A DNA stretch of 64,000 bases, taken from the NCBI GenBank assembly GCA_963823665.1, contig CAWGMQ010000008.1, positions 1,376,001 through 1,440,000 of the forward strand, written 5' to 3'. The notes beneath the pieces were generated by a model, which was not told the DNA's origin, made no database searches, and was given only the letters and a program-made list of their open reading frames with translations. Source of the stretch: an uncultured Planctomycetota bacterium (GTDB lineage: Bacteria; Planctomycetota; Planctomycetia; Isosphaerales; Isosphaeraceae). Shown here in pieces: positions 1-9,329 of the stretch (within the stretch, counting starts at the first letter, position 1; each line of letters begins with the position of its first letter). The position numbers and the translations under genes were made by a program.

Positions 1-1
1 A

Positions 2-2164
2 AGCGACGCACTGGCTCGGGCCGCCGACGCAAGTGCTCGCGCCGCCAAGGCCGACGCTCGCGCCGCACAGGCCGAGGCCGACAAGAACCACGAGCTGGCG
101 GCGCTGCAAGCCCAGTACCGCTACTTCAACCTGATCAAGATGGCCGACCGCTACCTGAGGGCGAGCAACGTAGCACAGGCCGAGCAATTCCTCGCGGCTT
201 GCCCCGCAAACTTGCGCGCCTGGGAGTGGGGCTACCTCAAGCGGCTATGCCATCCCGAGCTGCGCTCGTTCGTCGGCGCGGGCGTCGCATTCAGTCCGGA
301 CGGTCGATTTCTGGCCATCGACAACGGCGCGCAGCAGACAGTCACCCTCCTCGACACCAAGGCATGGACGACCGCCCGCGTCTTCCAGGGCTTGAGCTCG
401 CACGTCGCCTGCTTTGCCTTCAGCCCCGACGGCAAGCTGCTGGCCGCCGCGGGTCGCGATAAGACCATCAAGGTCTGGAATGCGGCCGACGCGCGCGAGC
501 TGGCCGCTCTGAAAGGACACACCGGCGATTTCGTCCGCGATCTGGCCTTCTCTCGCGACGGCAAGCTCCTGGCCTCGGCCGGAGCGCGGTTGAATCCGAT
601 CCAGGGAGGAGTCATGTCCGACGAAGTCCGAATCTGGGACATCGCCCAGGCCAGGCTGGTGCGCGCGATCCCCGACGCCGGCCACAGCGTCGCCTTCAAC
701 CCCGACGGCGACCGCCTCGCGGTCTGCATCGAGCGGACGGTCCCGATCAGGGGCAAGACAGGTGTCGTCGGCGGGGCGCTTGAGGTTCTCGACGTGAAGA
801 GTGGAGCCGCGGTCTGGACAATCCAGGCCGACGGATCGGCCGAGAGAGAGCTCCACTACAGCCCGGACGGCACGCGGCTGGCCTCGTCCAACGGACGAAG
901 CGGCGAGGTGCGGATCCGCGACGCGGCGGGCGGCCGCCTGTTGCAGACTTTGCACGGTCACAAAGAGGGCGTCACGTGTCTGGCCTTCAGCCCCGACGGC
1001 AAGCGGCTAGCCACCGGCGGCGCCGACACGGCGGTCAAAACCTGGAGCCTCGCAGATGGTCGCGAGCTGGCTGCTTATCATGGACACACCGCCCGTGTCA
1101 CCTCGGTCGCTTTCGCCCCCGACGGCATGACCCTGGCCTCGGCCGACGGGAACGGGTCGGTCCGGATCTGGGACGCCACGACCGAGCCCGGTACCCGCAC
1201 CCTGCCCACATTCGAGCATAGCCCTTTTGTCACCGTGCCAAGTCACGACTGCAAGCAGCTCGCGATGCTGCGACCGCGCTTTTTTGCCGTGAATCTTGCC
1301 ACGGCCGAGGCGGAAACCGGTCGACTGTTACACTCGCTGCGCACCTTTGCCGCCTCTGAAGGGTTCACCTCGGACATCAAGCTGCAGTTCAGCGGGGACG
1401 GCCGGACCCTGGCCTCCACTGACGGCAAAAACCTGGTGCAGGTCTGGGACCTGACCACCGGCCACGAACGGGCCGCACTCAAAAGCCATTCCCATAAGGT
1501 GACCGCCCTGGCGTTCAGTCCCGACGGCAAGACCGTGGCCACGGCGGATTCGGCCAGATCGCTCAAGCTCTGGGAGGTCGCAAGCGGGCGCGAGCAGCAA
1601 ACGCTTCTGAGCGAATTCAGCCCGCTCGCCCTGGCGTATAGCCCCGATGGCAGAAGGTTGGCTGTGACCGGGCACGGCGAGGCTCTGACCGAGATGGCCG
1701 GCGAGTCCGAGCGACCGCTCATCTTGCCCGGGAAGGGAGCCGTTTGGGATCTTGCCGCCGCCCGCGTCCTGTACGCGCTTCCGGACCAACGCATGCGAAC
1801 CGTCGCTGTCGCTTTCAGCCCCGATGGCTCGCGGCTGGCAACCGCGAGCTGGGACGGCACTGCAAAGCTGATCGATGCGTCTTTCGGCAAGGAGATCAAT
1901 CAACTGGGCGGTCACACCGGTCATGTCAACGACGTCGCGTTCAGCCCGGACGGCAAGCGGCTGGTCACCTGCGGCGCCGATCAGACGATCAAGCTCTGGG
2001 ACGTGGCGACCGGCCAGGAAGTCCTCGAGTTGAGCGATGGCAACAGCGTGGAGCGAATCGCCTTCAGCCTCGACGGCGGGCAGATCGTCGCCAGCAGCGA
2101 GGGACGAATCAAGCTCTGGGTTTCGACCCGTGACGGCGAACCACCACCAATGACCGGCCCTTGA
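2..2164 (+). CDS. WD40-repeat protein, 5'-partial (probably the C-terminal part of a planctomycete Ser/Thr kinase-WD40 protein)
   Basis: Frame is open from base 2. Many GH...VxxVAFSPDGxxLA(S/T)...D.T.K.WD repeats, plus the 'RAWEWGYLKRL' motif that precedes the WD40 block in such proteins. The kinase domain is not in the window. Confidence 0.85.
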   Translation, partial: SDALARAADASARAAKADARAAQAEADKNHELAALQAQYRYFNLIKMADRYLRASNVAQAEQFLAACPANLRAWEWGYLKRLCHPELRSFVGAGVAFSPDGRFLAIDNGAQQTVTLLDTKAWTTARVFQGLSSHVACFAFSPDGKLLAAAGRDKTIKVWNAADARELAALKGHTGDFVRDLAFSRDGKLLASAGARLNPIQGGVMSDEVRIWDIAQARLVRAIPDAGHSVAFNPDGDRLAVCIERTVPIRGKTGVVGGALEVLDVKSGAAVWTIQADGSAERELHYSPDGTRLASSNGRSGEVRIRDAAGGRLLQTLHGHKEGVTCLAFSPDGKRLATGGADTAVKTWSLADGRELAAYHGHTARVTSVAFAPDGMTLASADGNGSVRIWDATTEPGTRTLPTFEHSPFVTVPSHDCKQLAMLRPRFFAVNLATAEAETGRLLHSLRTFAASEGFTSDIKLQFSGDGRTLASTDGKNLVQVWDLTTGHERAALKSHSHKVTALAFSPDGKTVATADSARSLKLWEVASGREQQTLLSEFSPLALAYSPDGRRLAVTGHGEALTEMAGESERPLILPGKGAVWDLAAARVLYALPDQRMRTVAVAFSPDGSRLATASWDGTAKLIDASFGKEINQLGGHTGHVNDVAFSPDGKRLVTCGADQTIKLWDVATGQEVLELSDGNSVERIAFSLDGGQIVASSEGRIKLWVSTRDGEPPPMTGP

Positions 2165-2174
2165 AGAAGACGTG

Positions 2175-3284
2175 TCACACCCTCCCCGCTTCGAGCGCGC
2201 CCTCCACTTCGTCGTCACTCGGAAATCCAAACTCGACCAGATCCAGCTCGAGCGCCGCTGCCGCCGAAGCCCGTCTGGCGGCCGCGCAGATCAAACCCTC
2301 TTCTACAACCCGCGATCGAGCATCCCATCTCTGGTTCAGCAACGACGCGATAAACGCGGCCGCGTAAGCCTCGCCCGCCCGGTTCGTGTCGCGCGGCGGC
2401 TTCGTCCTCGGGAAGGCTTCGACTTTGAACGTACCGGGCTCACCGCTCGGCTTCGAATACCGCACCATGCTTCCTCGCGGACCATCCGTCACGACCACAA
2501 TCGCGACTCGCCGGCGCACCTCTTCGCGATCCTCGAGCGTCTCCCACTCGATCCGGTTGCAGCACAGCACGTCGATCGTCCCTGCGAACCGAGAGACGGG
2601 AAACGCCCGATCGAGCACGTTCCGCATCGCCGGTGCGAAGAGCCGCACGCCCGCGCCCGGGGCGGTCAGCACGCGCGCGGCTAGCTCGTTGGGCAACGAG
2701 GCAACGACGCGAAGCGCACACGATGTGCCGGCCAGCGCCAGATATCGACCCGGATCGACCGCCTGATGGCAGCCGCGAAATCCGATCGGCAGCTTGTCGC
2801 CGAACTCGCCGCTCGTGATCAAAAGCGTCCAGTCCGCCGGATGATCCGGGACACGCGTCGCGCAGTGGGTAATGCCGAGCTCGTTCAATCGCCGCGAGAC
2901 GGCCTCGCTTGTGGGGTCATTCTCCGGCCCAAGCACGCTCGAGAGAGTTCCGTGCAACGCGGCCGCGTAGCCTGCGCCCATTCCTCCCAGGTCATCGTGC
3001 CATTCCAGCGCGCGCAGTCGCCGCTTGCCCACTGCGCCCTCGCGAAGCCTGCTCGCCAGCGAAATCTCGCCGGCCGGCCCGGGCCAATCGCCGGGAAGTT
3101 CCAGTTCCAGGGTGTAGCCCGAGGGATCAATGACATCGATCCGGCCCGCGCGAGTGAACTTCCACGCGCCGTCGGTGCTCTGATCATAGGGCGGGCCGAG
3201 GGAAGGATCGAGGAGTGGGCGGTCGACGCGCAGCACTCGATCGAGATAGGCCGGACCAAAGACCTCGACGCGTCTGCCGGTCAT
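2175..3284 (-). CDS. PfkB/ribokinase-family protein with atypical catalytic motif
   Basis: N-terminal 'VFGPAYLDRVL', 'GGMGAGYA', 'CCNRIEW', 'VVVTDGPRG' and a C-terminal 'DTNRAGEAYAAAF' resembling DTxGAGDAF. Confidence 0.7.
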   Translation of the reverse strand: MTGRRVEVFGPAYLDRVLRVDRPLLDPSLGPPYDQSTDGAWKFTRAGRIDVIDPSGYTLELELPGDWPGPAGEISLASRLREGAVGKRRLRALEWHDDLGGMGAGYAAALHGTLSSVLGPENDPTSEAVSRRLNELGITHCATRVPDHPADWTLLITSGEFGDKLPIGFRGCHQAVDPGRYLALAGTSCALRVVASLPNELAARVLTAPGAGVRLFAPAMRNVLDRAFPVSRFAGTIDVLCCNRIEWETLEDREEVRRRVAIVVVTDGPRGSMVRYSKPSGEPGTFKVEAFPRTKPPRDTNRAGEAYAAAFIASLLNQRWDARSRVVEEGLICAAARRASAAAALELDLVEFGFPSDDEVEGALEAGRV

Positions 3285-3425
3285 GCTCGCACCTGGGTGG
3301 ACGTCGATTGCGTCAAACCTGCGGACCCAGCAGACTTATATACGCACGGTGTCGCCGTAACTCAACTATTGATTATACTATGAGGCGAACGCTTTGCTGG
3401 AGTGGTCGGGATCATGGCTCGGGAG

Positions 3426-4311
3426 ATGACTTTGTCGACAGAATCCGAAATCCTGGTGGAATCGCTCGATCACCCGGTGGATAACGCGCCTGTCCGTTCT
3501 CTGCATCACCGCGGCTTGACGATTGAGGGGTACTCGCGCGCGGCCGTGCAAACGTACTGGCGAGTGCTCGAGATGAAGCTCGGTTTTGACCTGGGCGGGC
3601 AACCCTGGTCGTTCATGTCCACTCCCACTTGGTTCGTGAGCCATGTGCACCTGGACCACGTGGCGGCTCTGCCTGTGCTCGTCGCGCGACGTCGGATGAT
3701 GAGGATGGAACCGCCCACGATCTACTTGCCGGCCGAGGCCGTCGAGGGCGTGGAATTGCTCATGCGCAGTTCAGCGGCTGGACCGCGGCCGCATGCCGGC
3801 CAACCTGGTCGGCGTTGTTCCCGGTGACGAGCTCGAGATTTCCCGGGAGCTGGTCGTGAAGGCATTTGCCACCAAACACACGATTACTTCGCTCGGTTTT
3901 CTGGTCTGGGAGCGCCGGAAGAAGCTCAAGCCCGAGTACCACGCCTTGACCGGCGACCAGATCCGCGACCTGCGGCTCTCCGGTGTCGAGGTTTCGGCCG
4001 AAATCCGGATTCCCAAGGTGGCGTACATGGGGGATACAGCGCCTCAAGGCCTCGATGCGTTTCCTGAAGTCTACAAGGCGCAGATCCTGATCACCGAGAT
4101 GACGTTCGTCGCGCCCGGCGAGCGCGCCTCGGTGATCCACAAGTTCGGCCACACCCACCTCGACGACCTGATCGCCCGCGCCGACCGCTTCGAAAACGAG
4201 GTGATCATCGCCTCGCACTTCAGCACGCGCCTGCACCCGGACCAGATCCAGCGGATCGTCGAAAAGCGGCTCCCCGAGTCCCTCCAGAGCCGGCTGAAAA
4301 TCTGGCTCTGA
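3426..4311 (+). CDS. Metallo-beta-lactamase-fold hydrolase (RNase Z-like), split by a frameshift near 3770
   Basis: 'SHVHLDH' (HxHxDH) in ORF 3402-3827, continuing in ORF 3793-4311 with 'YMGDT', 'GHTH' and 'HFSTR'. Start codon uncertain. Confidence 0.8.
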
Positions 4312-4341
4312 GTAACCCAACTCAACATCCTCCCGCGCAGG

Positions 4342-6171
4342 TCAGTGCATCTTGATCTGCTTGCTCTGCATTCGGGGCGCGCTCAACCCATCGGGTCGTC
4401 CAATCCCGCCGGTATCCCCCGTCAGCTTCTTGAGCGCCGCAGCCGCATCTGGCTCCTTGGCGGCCGCTCGTTTTTCACGGAAGCCGAGGGCCCGCTTCGC
4501 GAGTGCGTCTGCCTCCGCTCCTCGCCCAAGCTCACGTTCCACCCTGGCAAGAAGCTCAACGGAGTCGATCAGAGAAGGGTGATCCGCCGCGAGCGATTTC
4601 TCTTGCACCTCGAGGCCACGCCGGATCAGTTCACTTGCTCGCTCGAGGTTCTTCAATCCTTCTTCGGCCTGCCCCATGGTGACGAGGATCTTGCCACTGG
4701 CCGGGTGACCAGCGCCCGTCGTTTTGACGAGTGTAACGAGCGCCCGCGCCGCGAGCGCTCGGGCCTTCGCGTACTCATGCTGGCTCAGGTGATATTGCGC
4801 CAGGATTCGCAGGTTGCGCGCAAAGTCTGGGTGGTCGGTGCCCTCGCTCGCTGCGATAATCGCTTGCGCTCGCAGCAACATCGGCTCGACCTCCTTCCCT
4901 TGCCCACGCGCCAGAGAATTCTCCGCAAGCTCTTGCAGGTTGTCAGCAACCTGCGGGTGATCAAGGCCCCACCGCTTTTCGATGATGGCTATGGCCCGCC
5001 GAGCCAGCGCGTGCGCCTCGTCAAAACGACCGCGCAAGCGCGCCATTCGCGCACATAGCCGAAGGGAACCCGCCGTTTCCAGATCGTCCGGCCCGAGTGT
5101 TTTTTCGTAAAGCGCCAGTGACCGCCGCAAGAGCGGCTCGGCCTCATCGAAATTCCCACGGTCGACCAGCAGGGAAGCGAGGTTGTGCAGGCTCAGCGCA
5201 ACCGCATACGCCTGCCCAGCGTCCTGGAGCTCTTCGCGGATTTGGAGCGCCCGGCGAAGGTACGCTTCAGCCTCGGTGTAACGTCCTGTCGCGCCACAAA
5301 CAATGCCCAGACCATTCAGCGAACCGGCTAGTTGGGTCCGTGGCGATTCAGTCGAACTCTCCCGGATCTCGAGGGCGCGCCTCATCGACCGCTCGGCAGC
5401 CGCAAACCTGGCCTGCTTGTAATAGAAGCATCCCTGATCGTCAAGCGCCTGAGCGATCATCGGATCGTTCGGTCCAAGCCTCCGCTCGCGCAATTCAAGC
5501 ACACGGTCTGCCTGCGCGGCAGCCTTTGCAAAGTTCCCCTGTTCGCATTCGATCCAGGCGAGGCTGCTCATGCTCCAGGTCGGATCCAAGTCCCCAGGCT
5601 TCGACGATTTCTCCGACACCGCGATTGCTCGCTGATACATGACCCTGGCGTCGTCATATCGGCGCTGCTGCACATAGGATGTTCCCACCAGCGTGAGAGC
5701 ATACGCTAGCCTCGGCTCATCGACTGGCTGGGCATCCTCAATGAGCGAGAGAGCGCGCTTGGCCGGCGCCTCGGCGAGAGCCCCTCGCTTCTGTTCTTTG
5801 AGCGCGAAGGCAAGATCGGCGAGCGCCCGGAATAGTTCAAGCCGGTCGCGGCCTGCGTTGCTCTCCAGAATCCCGAGCGCCTCGTTCGCAAGTGGCTCGG
5901 CGTCGGCCGGCCGGCTCTGCGCGCCCAGTGCTTCTGCCAGATCGAGCGCGCTCGTTGCGACGAACAGCTCGCCCTGTCGAATGGTTCGCGCGACGTCGAG
6001 GGCCGTTCGGAATGATTGCTCCGCGTCACTGTGTCGGCCCTGGGCGATCGCAGCCCGACCCGACCCGGTAAGCCATCGCCATCGCAAGTACGGGTAGAGA
6101 AACGCGGTCGCGGCCCAGATTACCACGCCTGCGACCAAAGCCAGTCCGAGTGCGATTTTGAGACGCGACAC
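4342..6171 (-). CDS. Membrane-anchored tetratricopeptide-repeat protein (kinesin-light-chain-like TPRs)
   Basis: N-terminal hydrophobic segment followed by repeated 'AE.L.RRAL.I.E..LGP.(H/D)P..A.SL.NLA' units. Confidence 0.8.
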   Translation of the reverse strand: MSRLKIALGLALVAGVVIWAATAFLYPYLRWRWLTGSGRAAIAQGRHSDAEQSFRTALDVARTIRQGELFVATSALDLAEALGAQSRPADAEPLANEALGILESNAGRDRLELFRALADLAFALKEQKRGALAEAPAKRALSLIEDAQPVDEPRLAYALTLVGTSYVQQRRYDDARVMYQRAIAVSEKSSKPGDLDPTWSMSSLAWIECEQGNFAKAAAQADRVLELRERRLGPNDPMIAQALDDQGCFYYKQARFAAAERSMRRALEIRESSTESPRTQLAGSLNGLGIVCGATGRYTEAEAYLRRALQIREELQDAGQAYAVALSLHNLASLLVDRGNFDEAEPLLRRSLALYEKTLGPDDLETAGSLRLCARMARLRGRFDEAHALARRAIAIIEKRWGLDHPQVADNLQELAENSLARGQGKEVEPMLLRAQAIIAASEGTDHPDFARNLRILAQYHLSQHEYAKARALAARALVTLVKTTGAGHPASGKILVTMGQAEEGLKNLERASELIRRGLEVQEKSLAADHPSLIDSVELLARVERELGRGAEADALAKRALGFREKRAAAKEPDAAAALKKLTGDTGGIGRPDGLSAPRMQSKQIKMH

Positions 6172-6183
6172 TGAAGCCTCGTG

Positions 6184-6588
6184 TTACGTTGCTGGGAGAA
6201 CGCCTTCGTCAATTAGTTCTTGCCGGAATCCGACACGATGATCGAGATTGATCTTGAGGACGCGAATCGTCGCCCTCCCAGCGGGCGTCTTGCCCACGAG
6301 TACAGACCCATCCCATCTAAAATGGCGCGACCACTTGTGGCGTCGAGGATTGAAAAGCGGGACAATTTTTCCCGACATGGGGTCGATACCAGCGATGTTC
6401 GGCCCTTTGTAACGGTTGCACGCAAAACAGCAAAGGCAAAGGTTGCTCGCCTTTGTCATACCTTCGTGATCTTCTGCGATGATGTGGTCGATCTCAAACG
6501 GAATTCGCTCGTATTTCTGCGGGATCTGGCAGTACTCGCAACGGTGCCCGGCTCGCCGCCGAACCAATTCTTGCAGCGTACGATCCAT
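6184..6588 (-). CDS. Small HNH endonuclease
   Basis: 'RCEYC...EIDHII...SNLCLCCFACNRYKG': zinc-binding CxxC pairs with H-N-N catalytic residues. Confidence 0.85.
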   Translation of the reverse strand: MDRTLQELVRRRAGHRCEYCQIPQKYERIPFEIDHIIAEDHEGMTKASNLCLCCFACNRYKGPNIAGIDPMSGKIVPLFNPRRHKWSRHFRWDGSVLVGKTPAGRATIRVLKINLDHRVGFRQELIDEGVLPAT

Positions 6589-6594
6589 GCGTGC

Positions 6595-6900
6595 TCAATT
6601 CGTCCGTGCCTTCTTTTTCCCGACCCTATCGCGTCTCTTAAGCGAACGGCGGGCTCGCGACTGCAAGATATTCAGCAAGTGACCGACCAGTTCGTATCTG
6701 CCCGCGACGGCGTCTTCCTCGGCGGTCAGCGTGCCCGCACGAGCTTTGGCTGATAACTGCTTCATCCTCTCCTTATCAGCTTGATCGAAATCAAGAGCGA
6801 GAATCTCCCGGGCGGTCGCCGGAGAAAATGTCGGCGCGTCTGGGCGCAGGATTCGCTTCAGGATCGCTACCTCGCTGGAACCTGCGTGACTGAGGAGCAT
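6595..6900 (-). CDS. Small hypothetical protein directly upstream of the HNH gene
   Basis: 101 aa, helical-looking, with a basic C-terminus. Only 6 bp separate it from the HNH start on the same strand. Confidence 0.65.
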   Translation of the reverse strand: MLLSHAGSSEVAILKRILRPDAPTFSPATAREILALDFDQADKERMKQLSAKARAGTLTAEEDAVAGRYELVGHLLNILQSRARRSLKRRDRVGKKKARTN

Positions 6901-7067
6901 AAGTTGCCCTTTCCTTACGAGGATCGACTCAGTCGAAGTATAGCATAGCGAGGTGTTCTGCGAGCACTCTCACCAGCGCGTCGATCGTGCCTTCAAGGCC
7001 GTCATGTGCTGAGCGAATCCCGTAAATCCCCATGAAAGCGCGACGTGGTTACCCCTGCCGCCTGCGG

Positions 7068-7559
7068 ATGAACGAGACCGTGGTATTCGTGATCTGGTAC
7101 TCCGATGAGCGAGACGGCTTCCTCCGCGACGAAGCTGGCGGGCTGCTTGCAGGCAGCACATCGGCAGCGCTGGCGGCGGCCGCGAAGGCGCACGAAGTCG
7201 ACCTCGTGCGAAATGAAACGGCCGAATACGATTTCGAACGAATCCGAGCATGGTGTATCGCGCCGGAAGCTGCAGGCATCGATTGCTCGTCGTTCGTGGA
7301 CGCCTGGAATTTCTTCGACGACCTGGCCGGGCTGTCGGTCGGGGCCGACACACCGTATACCCAACTGAGCCGCACTGGAAGCGCGTGCTACGACAAACTC
7401 TTCCTGAGCTGTAACCTACCCGCCCTCACCCCGCCCGGCGAGCGCTTCGAGCCTGTTTGGCAAGCAGCCGAGGTGGCCGAGATCCGCCAGTTACTGGGGG
7501 CGGGCCTTGACCTCCTTGCGGCAGAGATGGCTGCCACTAGTTGGTTCAATGCATCTTGA
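7068..7559 (+). CDS. Hypothetical protein (acidic, immunity-protein-like)
   Basis: Protein-like ORF ('FVDAWNFFDDLA...YDKLFLSCNLPALTPPGERFEPVW'). No family recognised. Confidence 0.55.
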   Translation: MNETVVFVIWYSDERDGFLRDEAGGLLAGSTSAALAAAAKAHEVDLVRNETAEYDFERIRAWCIAPEAAGIDCSSFVDAWNFFDDLAGLSVGADTPYTQLSRTGSACYDKLFLSCNLPALTPPGERFEPVWQAAEVAEIRQLLGAGLDLLAAEMAATSWFNAS

Positions 7560-7800
7560 TCTGCTTGGTCTGCATTCTGGCGCATCCGCTCCTTAGATCG
7601 CCGAGGTTTCAACAGCCCAACCTCGCACCCCCTCACCTCCGACCGTGCAGTTGCCGGTTGACACCCGCTTTCCTTACGCGGCCATTATATTGATAACCAC
7701 CGAGCCGCCGGCGGCTCCCGAAAAATCGTGGGATTGGTTTGGCTCGTCCGGTGCATAGAACAGGTAAGAAGACACCGCAAGTGATCGAGAGGTTGCCCTG

Positions 7801-9189
7801 ATGAAGAGGATGGCGCTCGGGCTCGCCCCACGTAGTCTTGGCAGTTTGTTTCGCGACGGCGTCTCGACCGGCTTGTCCGACAAAGAGCTGCTGGAACGCT
7901 TTGCGACCAGCCGCGATTCTGCCGGTGAGCTCGCGTTTGCCACGCTCGTCGCGCGCCATGGGCCGATGGTCCTTGCCGTATGCCGCCGCCTGCTCCGCGA
8001 TCCGCATGAATCCGAAGATGCTTTTCAGGCAACGTTTCTCGTCCTGGTCCGGAAGCGCACCGGCATCCGGATCGACGAATCGCTGGGCCCGTGGCTCTAC
8101 GGCGTGAGCGTGCGCGTCGCCCGCCGCGCTCGGACACTTGCCTCCCGCAGGCGCTGGAGCACGCTCGACGAAGCGATCGCCGGGCGGACGCTCGAGCAAC
8201 GGCCTGCGTCAGACCCCGACCTCCGTTACGCGATCGACGACTTCCTGAGCGAGCTGCCGCCCAACTATCGTGCTGCGATCGTGTTGTGCTACCTGGAAGG
8301 GCTGACGCACGAAGAGGCTGCCGAGCGCCTGCATTGTCCCGTCGGCACCGTTCGCAGTCGCCTCGCCCGGGGCCGGGCCATTCTGAAAGAGCGGTTGAAT
8401 CGAGCGGGCCTGGCCCCTTCTTCGAATAAGCCGGTCGGCCCGACAGCGCGACCCGCTCGACCGAATACTCCGCGCCGGCATTGCTCGTTCCGTCACTGGT
8501 CGACTCGACCGCCCGCACCGCCGCCAGACTCGCCGCCGGCGAGCCCCTCGCACGCATCGTCCCTATTCGAATCGCGAACTCGTGACCGGAGTGACCCACG
8601 ACCATGACCTTCTCCAAGCTCGCGACCGCCGCTTCTCTCGTCGTCTTCGCCGGGCTGGTGGCCTGGGGTGTCGGCGGATCGGCCGCCCAGACGCCCCGCG
8701 GCGAGACTCAAGATCCCCGATCGGCCGCTGCTCCATCTCCCGAGCCGGGCCCCGGCACACTGCTTCGCTCGCCGCTCAGCAGCGCTCGCGCAAGACAGAG
8801 GCCGCTCAGGCCGACGACCGCACTGACGCTGCGGATCTCTCGATTCCCGACGACCTGCCCCCAGTCGTCGCTGAGCGTCGAGCCCAAGGTCGGTGCCGTC
8901 GACGTCGATCCCGACACTCAAGGAGATTCGCGTCACGTTCAGCAAGAAGATGACCGACAAGAGCTGGTCTTGGCCGACCGGCAACAAGTACGCGGCGCCC
9001 AAGGTCGAGGGAGGAACCATCCACTTCGAGCGCGATGGCCGTACCTGCGTCATGCCGGTCAAGCTGGAGCCGGGCAAGACGTACGTGATGGGAGTTAATT
9101 CCGAGAAATTCCACGGTTTCCAGGACACCGAAGGCCACCCCGCGCTGCCCTATCTGATTGTGTTCCGCACGAAAGGCAGCAGCCGTTGA
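7801..9189 (+). CDS. ECF sigma factor with C-terminal TM segment and Ig-like domain, split by frameshifts
   Basis: 'DKELLERF...AFATLVARHGPMVLAVCRRLL...EDAFQATFLVL' (region 2) and 'GLTHEEAAERLHCPVGTVRSRLARGR' (region 4). TM segment in ORF 8604-9098. 'EIRVTFSKKM...LEPGKTY' Ig-like end in ORF 8893-9189. Confidence 0.75.
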
Positions 9190-9269
9190 GCTAAATGGCC
9201 TGTGCCGTCATCGTGCCGTCAGGCGTTAGTAGACTGGCAAGAAGAGGTGTGTCGATCGCTGGCGAAATG

Positions 9270-9302
9270 CACCCCCCTTACCCCCCCTTCTTAAGGGGGG
9301 AA
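9270..9302. repeat. GC-rich palindromic repeat or terminator-like hairpin between convergent genes
   Basis: 'cccccttacccccccttcttaagggggg', in which cccccctt pairs with aagggggg. Confidence 0.45.
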
Positions 9303-9329
9303 AAGGATGGGCGGGCGCTTTCGTGCGTT

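Noticed and set aside
6184..6588. IscB/Cas9-like RNA-guided HNH
   Set aside because: Only 134 aa, with no RuvC or PLMP motif and no adjacent conserved non-coding region evident.
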